Shown: positions 51,748 to 62,039, counted from the first letter of the stretch. The stretch is DNA of 64,000 bases from Candidatus Aldehydirespirator sp. (GCA_965248735.1 OZ252146.1:1764154-1828153), one strand, 5' to 3'. Program-made: numbers and translations. Notes: generated by a model from the letters alone, not told the origin.

Positions 51748-52890
51748 CTATAGGCGTTCTCGCAGCACACCTATGATTCTGGTCTTGCCTTGATCTCCAA
51801 GAGGCTGAACTCCATTGTCACCTTGCCAAACCCCGACGGCCGGATCGAGCGCTTCATAGATGTGAAGGGCCACACTGCTCACGCGCTCGAAGTCAGTAGG
51901 CCAATCACTTGCATCTGCCAGTTCCACGATCTGTTCCGACTTATCGTCAAGATAATCGAGCCACTTGACGACGAGATCAGGTCCCAAGAGCGAATCTGAC
52001 TTGCTGCTGTTGACGCTACTTGTTGTGACTACGAAGTTCTCGATCGCCGACAGGCGAGTACGTGACCAAGGAATTACATGATCAAGTGAGATGTTGTCTC
52101 GCCGTATGTGCCGTCCCGTCAGTATGCATCGACTTCCCTGCAACTTCATTAGGCCGATGCGAATACTGTACGGTGGCATCATTCTATCTCGACCAAACAG
52201 ATGCTCGTGTATATCAAAGTCGAGCGCGTTCAGGTGTTCCCCATTGATCTTGGCCACCAGTTGCGCGAACCGGAATTCAATCAATGGACGAAGTACCCCA
52301 GAGTATTTCGTCAATTGTTGGGCAACGTTAGGAAGAAACTCTATCTGGTTGTTGTCGAACGTAAACAAGAAGGGATCAGGCTTTCCAGGAAGAACCTGTA
52401 ACCGTGTGACCGGATTCCGCCACAGATCCTTCTCGACGCGTGCTAGTGACTTGTCAAGTGCCTTCTCCCAATCGTTCTTCCACTCGGGGCTTCGCATCCT
52501 GTGGTCGACCACTTCGAAAGACTGGTGCTCAGAATCTCCAAGCGAACGCTGCCTCAGAAGATCGCGAAGCTCACGAACGTTCTGCATTACGGTTGTATCA
52601 TCAGCTACGGTGTCGTCCTTCCGCTTCTTCTTGCTTGAACTCTGGCGAAGCATCCTGTCTCGGTACGGGCGACCGTGTTCCCAATGTAGGTCTAGATATC
52701 GCTCTGCGAGTGCTCTTCTCGATATCGGTTGATTGTCTTGTATGTGTTCTGAAGCTAGGTCGATCAATGAAAGCAATAGTCCAAGCTTGTTCGTATCTGT
52801 CATGGACGCTCTGTCAAGTATCTCCAAGACACCTTGAATCGGATCGAGAGAAGGTCTATCTGAGTGATGTCCATTGCTCACCCGAGTCAC
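51748..52890 (-). CDS. HNH endonuclease-domain protein (380 aa), markedly lower GC than its neighbours
   Basis: GTG at 52890 lies 1 nt after the DruE-like stop. C-terminal HNH core CILTG...SLDHVIPWS...ENFVVTTSSVNSSKSD. By eye about half G+C versus about two-thirds in flanking genes. Confidence 0.8.
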   Translation of the reverse strand: MTRVSNGHHSDRPSLDPIQGVLEILDRASMTDTNKLGLLLSLIDLASEHIQDNQPISRRALAERYLDLHWEHGRPYRDRMLRQSSSKKKRKDDTVADDTTVMQNVRELRDLLRQRSLGDSEHQSFEVVDHRMRSPEWKNDWEKALDKSLARVEKDLWRNPVTRLQVLPGKPDPFLFTFDNNQIEFLPNVAQQLTKYSGVLRPLIEFRFAQLVAKINGEHLNALDFDIHEHLFGRDRMMPPYSIRIGLMKLQGSRCILTGRHIRRDNISLDHVIPWSRTRLSAIENFVVTTSSVNSSKSDSLLGPDLVVKWLDYLDDKSEQIVELADASDWPTDFERVSSVALHIYEALDPAVGVWQGDNGVQPLGDQGKTRIIGVLRERL

Positions 52891-52891
52891 T

Positions 52892-55800
52892 CTAGCTCTG
52901 TAGAGCAAGCAGGCCACCGAGCACCGCTTCAGCCTCACCGCGGGTCAGTTGGTCATGGAACTCTTGGTTGCGATAGCTCCGGACGCATCCGTAACAGCTT
53001 GTCCTCTTGGCGCAACTGCATCCATTAACGATCTCGTACGCGGCTTCCAGCAGGCGTTGGAGGTTGTCGCGAACGCACTTGACATGACCGGCTCCGCCCG
53101 GAACTGTGTCGAAAATGACCAACGTCTTGCGGTTGTAGGAACTTGTAGGCCCCAGGGTCCCGTCCACGTCTTCTGTCGGGATGCCCAAGGCGGGAGTTGC
53201 GGCCAGCAGAGCGTACAGCGTGCTTCGTGCCTGGGTGACGCTCATCGGTGCCATCAGATCCAGCTCGACTACATCGGTAAGGTATTGATGGCCCAAGTGG
53301 CGCACTCTGAGCAGCCCGCTGCATTCGCGACTAGTGCCGGGGCGGTGATGCGGAGCCGGCGCGTTGGGTGTTGCTTGGGCGACTGTGGGTTCGGTGTGGC
53401 CGCAGGACAAGCAGACCCGGAAGCCGCGTTCGGCTGGGCCGGTGTTGATCACCGTGATGCGCCCCTGTCGGCTGAACTGAGCCTGCACCCTTGAGCGCCC
53501 TATTCGGATTTCCTCGATGCCGGGGACGTCTCCGGCGTAGTCGCTGAAGTAGAACTGCGAGCGCCCCGCCCTCGGTGGCTGCGCTTCACCGGGTTGCTCG
53601 TTGCTGCGGCGGCCTATGAACCCGAACTGGGGAACGATGAACTTGCCGGTGGCGAACGCCCTGCCGCATCCTTGGCACAACTCAGGGGATTCCTCGTCGT
53701 TGTCGGCGGCGTCGATCCGGGTGCTGAATGAGCCGCATGCCTCGCACTCGGCGTAGCGGTAGCCGACTAGAGCCTTTCCCGGCAGTATCCGCAGGCCAGT
53801 GGATTCCCAGATCGCCTTGTCTGCCACAAGCTTGGATCCTGGCGCATACTCGGTGATGCCCATGCGCAGATCGCGCGAGAGGTCCAGCCCGGAGGCATCC
53901 CCGTCGCCTTGGCGCCATACGTCCAAGGTGACCACATCAACCGGAAAGCCGTACTTCGGGAGTACGACCCGCGTGGCTAGATGGTCGATAAGGCGCCGAC
54001 TCTCCAGAGTGGCCTTGACCTTGTATAGAGCGGCTTGGCGTCGTGTTTGCGCGGCGGCCTGGTTGTTGAGGTTCTGATCGCTCAAGTCCCGGATTCGTCT
54101 CGCCGTCTCTCCTATCTCGGCGTCGATCTCTTCGAGGTCGGAGCGGATCTCCTTGATTGCTCGCGCCAACCACCCGTAGTGCTCGCGGTCCGCACCGCCC
54201 TCGTCGTCCATCAGGTCTTGGACCCATCGCCAAGTGTGAATTCCCAGTTCCTCGGCGACTTCTTCTGGGGTGATCCGGGCAACCGCCGCGGCCAGATCGT
54301 CAGGGCGGCTCTGCAGCCACTCCACGAAGTCGTCGACCGCGGCAGGGGCGCCGTCCTGGCCGACGAAGAACGAGGCCACGTTGCCGTGAGGGTCGCCGCC
54401 TCGTTCGACGACGTGGCGGCGCTCGTAGGCGGCGAAGGCAACCGCGTGAATGTGGCGGCGCGCAATCAACGGATTCCGCAACGACAGGATCGGTACGCCG
54501 ACATGACCCTCGATCAGTCGCATCGGCTCCCTGAAGTGGTAGAGGTCGTGGCTTCGGCGGCGGGCGAAAGTGACGACCAGAGCCGGGGTTGAGGCGCGTC
54601 TGCCTGCGCGGCCCGCGCGCTGCACATAGTTCGCGGGCGACGGGGGAACGTTTCGCATCAGGACGGCCTTCACGTCGCCGAGGTCCACGCCGAGCTCGAA
54701 GGTGGTCGTGCAGCTCAATGCGTTTAGCTCGCCGTCCAGGAAATCCTGCTGGAACTGCCTGGCGCGCTGGGTCTCAAGCTGGCCGGTGTGCTCCTCGACC
54801 CTCATGCCCGAGGGCCTCAGCGTCGTGTAGAGGTGCCGGTAGTGCTCCGAGGACGGGCGACCCTCCATTCGAGCAGGTCGGAGCGTCCCGTCGCAGCACC
54901 ATGTGGGGCAGACGTCGGTCACACGGCGCCAAGCGATCTGGCGGCACTTGGAGCACTCGTAGGCGGGATGGTTCTCTGAGACCGGGATCATGGTGATCCA
55001 CTTCGGGTCGATCCTGAACACCGTCCCGTGCTGGCGGACATTCTCGGGCCGCAGCACCTTCTGCCACGGGTTGTTGGCGTCTGTCAGCCAGCGCCAGATC
55101 CCCTTGAGTGCCTCAAGAGGATCGGCGGTGATGCCGCGGCGGTCGAATACTTTGGTCAGGTAGTCGAGGCGGCTGTTGCGGCCTCGTGCCGGTAGCCAAG
55201 CCATCACCTTGTTTGCAGGGCGCCCCTGTCGTGCCGCAGTGACGATGTTGCGTGGGGCGAAGGCTTGGTCTTCGATGTCGACCCCCTCGGGAAGATGCAC
55301 TGCGGCTTGGCGCCGCAGCGTGTCGAGCAGCACTGCCGCAATGTCGATTGCTTCTTTCACGCTGAATCCCAGGTGTTGCAGAGCAGGCGGAGCGGTCACT
55401 GTCCGGGGCACGGCGACAGTGATCTCAGCGAGTCCGACGCCGTCGAGGCTCTGACGGCGGTCTGTTGCCAACACCTCGGCCATCAGCCAGAGGCGCACCT
55501 GTGTGTCTTTGGACCTGGAGCTGTCATCGGGGTCGATCACCAGGCGTTCCTCGGCCAGGCGGCGGATCACCGGCACCAGGTCCTCGAAGCGGAGCTCTTC
55601 GTCGCGATGCTGCTCCAGCGCGTGCCAGATCATGCGGCGCTGTACGGCGCGGGCATAAGTGCGGTCCAAGTAGGGCGCGAAGAACGCGGCGTCCTGCCGG
55701 CTATCTGAGAAGGTCAGCAGCTTGCGTCCCTCGCCGATGGCGGACACTCGGCCGGCGGGGGCCGGCTCAGGCGGAAGGGACTGGTAGAGGGCCGTCGCGA

Positions 55801-57742
55801 TTACGGAAACGGGCGCGTCGTGGCCGGTGAAGAACCTAAGCACGATCGCCGCGGTGGTGCGGCCCGAGCAAGCAGGGCAGCGCCGCAGCGGCTGCCCTCG
55901 CTTCGGCTTGGCGCACGTCACTCCGAGAGATGCTCCTGTGGCACCGCAGCCGCAGGGCTCGCCGATCTCATCGGACAGGTTCCCGCAGGCAGTGCACAGG
56001 CGTCGGCGGTCGACGTCAGCGATCACTTCGTCGTCGTCCACGACGGCTGCCTCGTCCTCGTCGTCGTCATCCACTTGATCGTCCAACAGGAGGTACAGCA
56101 GGCTGCGTTTCTGCGGGGGAGCCTGGCTGACCGTGATGTTCCCGTCTTCGTCCGGCGAGGCCGCGTCGCCGATCAGGTACGCCGCCGAGCAGCGGTTGCA
56201 GACCCCAAACTCGAACATCTGCGAGAGGACGCTCCGCTCTTCACAGTCCGGGCACGTCTGGTGGCGTTCGAGACGCAGGCGCGGCGCTCCGGTGGGATGC
56301 TTCGGGGACTTGCAAAGGAACGCGCCTTCGAGGGCTCGGAGCATGTAGTGGTAGCGCGCTGGCACCAGCGGGGCGGCGTTGCCGTGGGCGTTGGCGCAGA
56401 CTCCGAGCAGCGCGTCGAGTTCGTCGACTCGATGCTGGTCTGCGAACACTCGGGTCTCGATCTCTGAGGCGTCGAGTGGCCCGTCGCGCAGCAGCCTGCG
56501 GAGTCTGAGCACATGCTGCTCCGAGCCGAGCGCCTCGATCAGCGAGAGAGTGTCGCCGTCTCGCTGCGGCGCAGAGGTTGCAGGCACTAGGGCACCTACA
56601 TCGTCGCGGACGTGGCCGGATGCGAGCGCCTCGGCGAAGGCATGAAAGGCCCCTTCGGGCGCCTTCCATTGGGAAGAGGGTACCGGCTGTGGTTCCAGTA
56701 CGGGGGTGACGATGTCCTGGCGGCGTTCGTCATGGCTGTGGTGCTCGACTCGTTCGCCGAAGAGATCTTTCGCGTACTCGGCTATCCGCAATGCGGCGTC
56801 GCTGCCAGTACCGAGTGTCGCGGACGTCCCGACGAAGCGGAGGCGCCCATGTCTGCTCTCATTGACGCGATCTCGTAGCCGCCTGAGCAGCATCGCGATC
56901 TCTGCACCCCGGGCGCCGTTGTAGATGTGCATTTCGTCGAGTACCACGAATCGCCAGTGCTGACCGGTCGGGCCGTCGAAGAACGCAGTGTCTGCCGGAC
57001 GCAACAGGAGGTACTCCAGCATGGCGTAGTTGGTCAGAAGAACATTCGGCGGGGTGTCGCGCATCTGCTCCCGCGAGACAAGCTCCCCCGGGTCCGGGTC
57101 AGCGCCGATGCGGCTGCGGTGTTCCTGTTCGCCTTCGTTACGGCGCTCCGGGGTGGCGCCGGTGTAGCGGCCATATGTGATCTCGGGGAACGGTCGCAGG
57201 AGCCCGCGGATTCGGTTCAGCTGGTCGTTGGCCAGCGCGTTCATCGGGTACAGCAGCATCGCCCGCACTCCGGGCTCGGCCAGGGTGTTGGAGTCGGCCT
57301 CTCTGAGTAGGTGGTCCACTATCGGCAGCAGGTAGCACTCGGTCTTCCCGGAACCGGTGCCGGTCGCGATCACGAGGTTGCGTCCCTCGGCGGCCTTGCG
57401 GAGCGCCGTCTCCTGATGACTGTGTAGCGGCCGGTCCGGCGGCAGGACTCCAGGGTCGAGATCGCGCAAACGCGGGTGCATCAGACCCTCCGCGACCAGC
57501 GACTTGAGCGAACGCCCCATGCGATAGGCGGACGCAGCCTCTAGGAACGGACCGCGGTCACTCTCAAACTGGCTTCCGAGAGCGTTGTAGAGTTCTGCTC
57601 GCAACCTGTCGTCGGCGGGAGCGTAGCGTGCTCTCAGATAACGCAGGTACGAGTTGCCGATGAGCCGGGATGCCCCTATGGGGTCAAGGACCTGCGGTGC
57701 GGCGGCGCCTGGGCGCTCGTCCATGGCGGGTGCAACTTTCAT
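52892..57742 (-). CDS. druE: Very large DEAD/DEAH-box helicase with multiple zinc ribbons and a C-terminal DUF1998 (MrfA-type) domain; DruE-like
   Basis: 1,616 aa. Motif I ATGTGSGKT, motif II VLDEMH, TSATLG, motif VI QRAGRAGRR. Several CxxC pairs. C-terminal NGCSCAKRTSCYGCVRSYRNQEFHDQLTRGEA is typical of DUF1998. ATGA overlap with the upstream gene. Confidence 0.85.
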   Translation of the reverse strand: MKVAPAMDERPGAAAPQVLDPIGASRLIGNSYLRYLRARYAPADDRLRAELYNALGSQFESDRGPFLEAASAYRMGRSLKSLVAEGLMHPRLRDLDPGVLPPDRPLHSHQETALRKAAEGRNLVIATGTGSGKTECYLLPIVDHLLREADSNTLAEPGVRAMLLYPMNALANDQLNRIRGLLRPFPEITYGRYTGATPERRNEGEQEHRSRIGADPDPGELVSREQMRDTPPNVLLTNYAMLEYLLLRPADTAFFDGPTGQHWRFVVLDEMHIYNGARGAEIAMLLRRLRDRVNESRHGRLRFVGTSATLGTGSDAALRIAEYAKDLFGERVEHHSHDERRQDIVTPVLEPQPVPSSQWKAPEGAFHAFAEALASGHVRDDVGALVPATSAPQRDGDTLSLIEALGSEQHVLRLRRLLRDGPLDASEIETRVFADQHRVDELDALLGVCANAHGNAAPLVPARYHYMLRALEGAFLCKSPKHPTGAPRLRLERHQTCPDCEERSVLSQMFEFGVCNRCSAAYLIGDAASPDEDGNITVSQAPPQKRSLLYLLLDDQVDDDDEDEAAVVDDDEVIADVDRRRLCTACGNLSDEIGEPCGCGATGASLGVTCAKPKRGQPLRRCPACSGRTTAAIVLRFFTGHDAPVSVIATALYQSLPPEPAPAGRVSAIGEGRKLLTFSDSRQDAAFFAPYLDRTYARAVQRRMIWHALEQHRDEELRFEDLVPVIRRLAEERLVIDPDDSSRSKDTQVRLWLMAEVLATDRRQSLDGVGLAEITVAVPRTVTAPPALQHLGFSVKEAIDIAAVLLDTLRRQAAVHLPEGVDIEDQAFAPRNIVTAARQGRPANKVMAWLPARGRNSRLDYLTKVFDRRGITADPLEALKGIWRWLTDANNPWQKVLRPENVRQHGTVFRIDPKWITMIPVSENHPAYECSKCRQIAWRRVTDVCPTWCCDGTLRPARMEGRPSSEHYRHLYTTLRPSGMRVEEHTGQLETQRARQFQQDFLDGELNALSCTTTFELGVDLGDVKAVLMRNVPPSPANYVQRAGRAGRRASTPALVVTFARRRSHDLYHFREPMRLIEGHVGVPILSLRNPLIARRHIHAVAFAAYERRHVVERGGDPHGNVASFFVGQDGAPAAVDDFVEWLQSRPDDLAAAVARITPEEVAEELGIHTWRWVQDLMDDEGGADREHYGWLARAIKEIRSDLEEIDAEIGETARRIRDLSDQNLNNQAAAQTRRQAALYKVKATLESRRLIDHLATRVVLPKYGFPVDVVTLDVWRQGDGDASGLDLSRDLRMGITEYAPGSKLVADKAIWESTGLRILPGKALVGYRYAECEACGSFSTRIDAADNDEESPELCQGCGRAFATGKFIVPQFGFIGRRSNEQPGEAQPPRAGRSQFYFSDYAGDVPGIEEIRIGRSRVQAQFSRQGRITVINTGPAERGFRVCLSCGHTEPTVAQATPNAPAPHHRPGTSRECSGLLRVRHLGHQYLTDVVELDLMAPMSVTQARSTLYALLAATPALGIPTEDVDGTLGPTSSYNRKTLVIFDTVPGGAGHVKCVRDNLQRLLEAAYEIVNGCSCAKRTSCYGCVRSYRNQEFHDQLTRGEAEAVLGGLLALQS

Positions 57743-60700
57743 TGGCGGGCCGCTGCGTGAAGCGTTGCCACTGCTGTGAGCAGGCTGCGTGTCGTTAGCA
57801 GCGGCGCGATCTCCGCTGCTTCTAGCACAGCGCGCTCCGCCGTCTCCCGATTTGCCCGGCTGGCGAACTCGTCGGTGACCTTGAAGGCCGCGATGAGAAT
57901 CCTCGCCGGGAACTTGTGCCAGCCTGGAGTACCGGCGGCGGGGCTCAGAGCCTCGATCTGTTGTTGCTGCGTCTCGCTGAGACGCTGCGTGTATGTGGTG
58001 ACTCTGGTGTGGGCGGACATCCAGTCGTTCAACTTCGCTCGGTCCGGCCAGCTCCGCTTGAGCATTTCGAGCGCCGCGATCATATATCCGCCGAATTGCA
58101 AGGGCAGCGAACCCATGGGCGGCAGGGCGTCAGAGAGAGCGTCGAGCCTGCGCGGCTCCAATTCGTCCAGCGGTTGGCTCACAGGTTGCGGTGGCTGCTC
58201 CGGGCCGTCGGCACTAGCTGCGGGGATCCAGCCGGCGAAACTCTTCCAACGGGCCTCGCCATCGTCGTCAAGCACGCGGTCAAACACAGCAGCGGCGATA
58301 GGGGCAGCCTCCCAGAGCACCTCCAGCGTCCGCGGATCCGCCGCGTGGCGGCCAGCGACGGGCATTAACGCGAGCGCCAGCCTCATGAGAGCGTCTGGCG
58401 GCAGCGACCACGCCAGATCCTCGGCGAGCATCTGCGCCATGAGTCCGTCAACGGCCTCGGCAAACTGGAGCAATCTATTCAATGCGGCGATATCGGACCG
58501 GCTGCGACAGGACGCCGCGATCGCCTCCTGTAACTCGGTACGCGCCTCGGCGACGCAGCGGCTGTCGACCTTGGTTGCGCGCCGACTTCCCGACACTGCG
58601 AGTTCCAGAGCCTCAACGGCGACATCGGGCCGCAGCGCCTTGATCTGGGCACTCTCGTCCGTGGCCGATCCCACTCTGACTGTGTCCGTGTCTGCGTCGC
58701 CGGGGGATGGCCGTCGAGGGGCGGTCCAGTCGTCGCGCAACGCGACCTGAGTGATGTACGGACCCGGAGGTGCATCCACGACGCAGTCGAAGTACCCATC
58801 GATGTTATCGAGTATGTCTTCACGCACCGGCTGAGCCCAAGGACGGTGCAACGACCAGAGCCTCAGCTCTCGCCCCCTGAATCGCCTGTTCTCAGTCCAC
58901 CGAACCCCCAGGAGCGCATTGCCAGCCTCGGCGTCCGCTACGATCTCGACCGCGACGTCGGATACCTCGTAGAGCGCCTCGATGACTGCTGCTGGCGCTT
59001 GGGTGCCGTCGGCATCGACCGTCAGGCTCAGTCTCGCCAGCCCCGACGAGGAGACAGTGTCGCGGAACTGAGACAGAGGGAAGGCCCAGCGGCCACGCTC
59101 ACCGCCGGCTCGAATAGGGCCGGCTTCTTGGAGAGCGTCGCTTGCCAGCAGTTGCAGAGCCACACGGGCAGGTCTGCCGCAGCGGACCATCAATGACTCC
59201 ACCTCGCCGGACTCGATCTCGTCGATGCCGATCCGCTGGGTTACTCCGCCGAACACGGGCAGAGCCTCGCCCCGACGGCTAACGGCCCACGAGAGTCTCG
59301 GGATCTTGACCTTCAACTCCACGGCGTTCGCCAAAATGTCGGAGCTGTCGCAGCCTGGAGCGAATTCGACAGTTACGTCGCGGCCGCTGCTGCCGTCAGG
59401 GCAGGTCAGGAGGCAGCTGGCGTGCAGTGTTGCTCGCACGGTCTCATCGGGGCCAACGATGCGATCGGGCAATGCGACATGCAGGTCTCTCACCACGGTG
59501 ACACGCTCGCGCAGGTCGCTGCCCAGCGGTCCGACGACCTCGACGGTTCCGGAGAAGGCGTCGTCGTTGGGAAGCCTCGGGGACAGGTCTCGGCCCTGCG
59601 CGCAGCGAGGCAGGTTGTCGAGTATCGCGGTCCCAGGAGGACCACTCTCGTTGTCGGAGCGCCACCGGACCCGCCACGCCGCAGCGGCTGTCACTTCGGG
59701 TTCTGAGACCACGGGCGCATCGGAATAAACAGCACAGTCGAGTGGGCCGGTCACGCCGCCGACAGGGCTCGACGTGATGGCAGGCCCGGGGTCGGGGCGC
59801 GACACGGGCAGCTTGATCTTGCTGGGTCCGTCGAGGCTGTGGGGGTTGCACAGTGAGATCGCCGTGAGCTCGGAGGTGTCGACGTGCCATAGCTTCCATC
59901 CGTGCCATGTATCGGAGCGGGCGGGCAGTTCCTCCACGAGCGGGACCGGTGTTCCGTCCTCGCTGGCGATCTGGATATCTAGGGCCGCCAATATCAACGC
60001 CTGGCTGCCGCGTACTTGCCGTTGCTCGCGTGTCAGACGCCCCGCTGCGTCGAAGATGTACGCCGCCGCATCCGGATGTCCGGCGAAGCGCGATCTGGCT
60101 TCAATGGCGCGTGAGCGCAGCGTGACGCTCCATCCCCGCGCTGGGGTGAGGGGGACTTCGTGAGTGTCGCGCTGCAACGCCTTGTAGCGGCTCGCGGAAC
60201 TTCCCGTCAGGAGCCATTCGCCGCCGTCAACGACGGGGCGCAGCACAAGGTACGGCCCGTTGCACGAGTAACGGTCGATCCGAACCTGCGGACGAGGTGA
60301 GCGGCGCCCTAGTGCAGCTTTGCCCAAGGATCCGCCATCGAGCAGTGCCTGCATGAGGTAGGTAGGCAGGCCGAGATCCTCCGCCATCTCCGTTACCGAT
60401 GCGCTGGCGATGCCTGTTCCGACCGCCTCGGTGTCGAACACCGCCGTGATCATCCGCTGTACCAGGTCCAGGGCGAACTCGCCGCCGTAGGTGAAGAAGC
60501 GTTGCAGCGGCCGGGTGATCTGAGCGCCCCGCGCCGATGAGCGCAGCACGCTGTCGATCAGATCAGTCGCGTCCTGCAGTCCGCTGCGCAGGTTTGTTCG
60601 CACAAGTTCCGCAGCATCCTGGGCGCAGCTCGCCGGAATCCCGCCATGCAGGAGGATCGGTGTGACGAAACGAAGCCAGCGGCCTGCCTCTGGGACGTCG

Positions 60701-61098
60701 TTGAAGTCCTCGAGTCCCAACTCGCAGACAGCCGCCTCGAACGCTTCGCCCACAATTGAGCTGACCCTGGGGTTGGAGCTTTCAAGCGACTCGATGTTGG
60801 GCCAGAAGGTTCCGTCGTCATAGCATCGGCCACCTTCGCCGACCAGGAACACCGCTGTGACCGCGGGATAGCTGCGTAGGCGCGAGTAATCGCCTGACTT
60901 GGTGGCGCCCATGAAGACCCACCGGGCCATCTGGAAGATGCTTCCCTCAGGCGAGAGATCCAGTTCTCCAACAAGGCGCCGGCCGCGCAACAGGCTACGA
61001 AGCCGCTGTTCGGTGTCCAAAGGGTTCGTACGGTCCCAAGCCGAGACGCCCATGGTACTGGTCGGAGCGCTGCCCGCCGGTGACCTCGTTGTGGTCAT
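57739..61098 (-). CDS. Large protein of unknown function (about 1,120 aa) translationally coupled to the DruE-like helicase; DruH-like by position and size
   Basis: Continuous ORF to 61263. The first ~55 codons are Arg/Pro/Gly-rich and unconvincing, so the ATG at 61098 (or 61053) is preferred. I recognise no catalytic motif. Confidence 0.7.
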   Translation of the reverse strand: MTTTRSPAGSAPTSTMGVSAWDRTNPLDTEQRLRSLLRGRRLVGELDLSPEGSIFQMARWVFMGATKSGDYSRLRSYPAVTAVFLVGEGGRCYDDGTFWPNIESLESSNPRVSSIVGEAFEAAVCELGLEDFNDVPEAGRWLRFVTPILLHGGIPASCAQDAAELVRTNLRSGLQDATDLIDSVLRSSARGAQITRPLQRFFTYGGEFALDLVQRMITAVFDTEAVGTGIASASVTEMAEDLGLPTYLMQALLDGGSLGKAALGRRSPRPQVRIDRYSCNGPYLVLRPVVDGGEWLLTGSSASRYKALQRDTHEVPLTPARGWSVTLRSRAIEARSRFAGHPDAAAYIFDAAGRLTREQRQVRGSQALILAALDIQIASEDGTPVPLVEELPARSDTWHGWKLWHVDTSELTAISLCNPHSLDGPSKIKLPVSRPDPGPAITSSPVGGVTGPLDCAVYSDAPVVSEPEVTAAAAWRVRWRSDNESGPPGTAILDNLPRCAQGRDLSPRLPNDDAFSGTVEVVGPLGSDLRERVTVVRDLHVALPDRIVGPDETVRATLHASCLLTCPDGSSGRDVTVEFAPGCDSSDILANAVELKVKIPRLSWAVSRRGEALPVFGGVTQRIGIDEIESGEVESLMVRCGRPARVALQLLASDALQEAGPIRAGGERGRWAFPLSQFRDTVSSSGLARLSLTVDADGTQAPAAVIEALYEVSDVAVEIVADAEAGNALLGVRWTENRRFRGRELRLWSLHRPWAQPVREDILDNIDGYFDCVVDAPPGPYITQVALRDDWTAPRRPSPGDADTDTVRVGSATDESAQIKALRPDVAVEALELAVSGSRRATKVDSRCVAEARTELQEAIAASCRSRSDIAALNRLLQFAEAVDGLMAQMLAEDLAWSLPPDALMRLALALMPVAGRHAADPRTLEVLWEAAPIAAAVFDRVLDDDGEARWKSFAGWIPAASADGPEQPPQPVSQPLDELEPRRLDALSDALPPMGSLPLQFGGYMIAALEMLKRSWPDRAKLNDWMSAHTRVTTYTQRLSETQQQQIEALSPAAGTPGWHKFPARILIAAFKVTDEFASRANRETAERAVLEAAEIAPLLTTRSLLTAVATLHAAARQ

Positions 61099-61430
61099 CG
61101 GAGGCCGCGCTGTGGCTGGCGGAGAGCCAGGCCTCCGCGGTGAAGCCGCCAGCCGGCAGCGCTGGTTGGCAACCGCCTGCGTACTCCCCCCGAGCCCTCG
61201 ACCAACTTCTGCACTCCAACGCTGATGACGGGTGTCGAGAGAGTACAACCCGGAGTGAAGCATCGTCGGAACTCATGGATGGGGACCGTTTGTGCATCAA
61301 TGTCTTATGGGCGTTCTGGTTACCGGGCATGTTCAAGAATGGCTTGCGGGTGACGTTGCAAAGGCGAGAGAAGCCCGAGACAGTGCTACTTGCTGTGACA
61401 GCCACAGCATCCTGCCGTCAGGGGCTTCGG

Positions 61431-61914
61431 TCACCTTCCTCGGGTCCCGCTCCGCCAAGCGATGTCCCGCAGCCCTGTGATCAACTTGTAGAAGGCTCCT
61501 CTGTGGACCTGCTCATGAATCCGGTCATCGACCTTGACGACCCGCGGGGCGTGCAGCAGCCACAGCGCGCCCGGGTCCTCCATGTAGGGGTCCCAGCCGC
61601 CCTCACCGAACAGCGCCCGGCCCCTGCGGGTGGGCACGCACCTCACCTCCCGTCCCCGGGCGTTGTGCGGGTCGTCGGCGATCAGCCTCGCGGCGGTCCC
61701 CCAGAAGCGGATGGCCCGCACCATGTTCTTGCACTCCGATCTCCACCGGAGCGTCGGCGCGATTGAAGACCTCGGGAGTGTCGGCGACATGGCTATGCGC
61801 CTTGCGGAACCAGCTGTAGCGAGGATGGAACGTCTCATGCCACGCGAACGAGCGCGCCGCCGCCTTCGCCAGCCTCACCGGCTGGCCTAGCAATCTCTTC
61901 GGCCACGGCAGCAA
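61431..61914 (-). pseudogene. DUF4007-like gene, frameshifted and probably C-terminally truncated
   Basis: Frame 1: FAWHETFHPRYSWFRKAHSHVADTPEVFNRADAPVEIGV. Frame 2: KNMVRAIRFWGTAARLIADDP...GALWLLH. Together these form the DUF4007 N-terminal signature (F-x-HE-x-F, LGVGKNMV-x-S-x-R-x-W, LWLLHW) as I recall it. A 1-nt indel lies near 61730-61736. Confidence 0.6.
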
Positions 61915-62039
61915 CGTACTCCACCGGTACGACAGGCTGGCTGATCGCTATGGAGCGGCTGGCCTTGCTCTCGGCACAGGATGGCAGACGAGGCGTAGAC
62001 GGGTGTGGCGAATAGTGACGAGCAATGTATTATCGCTAT

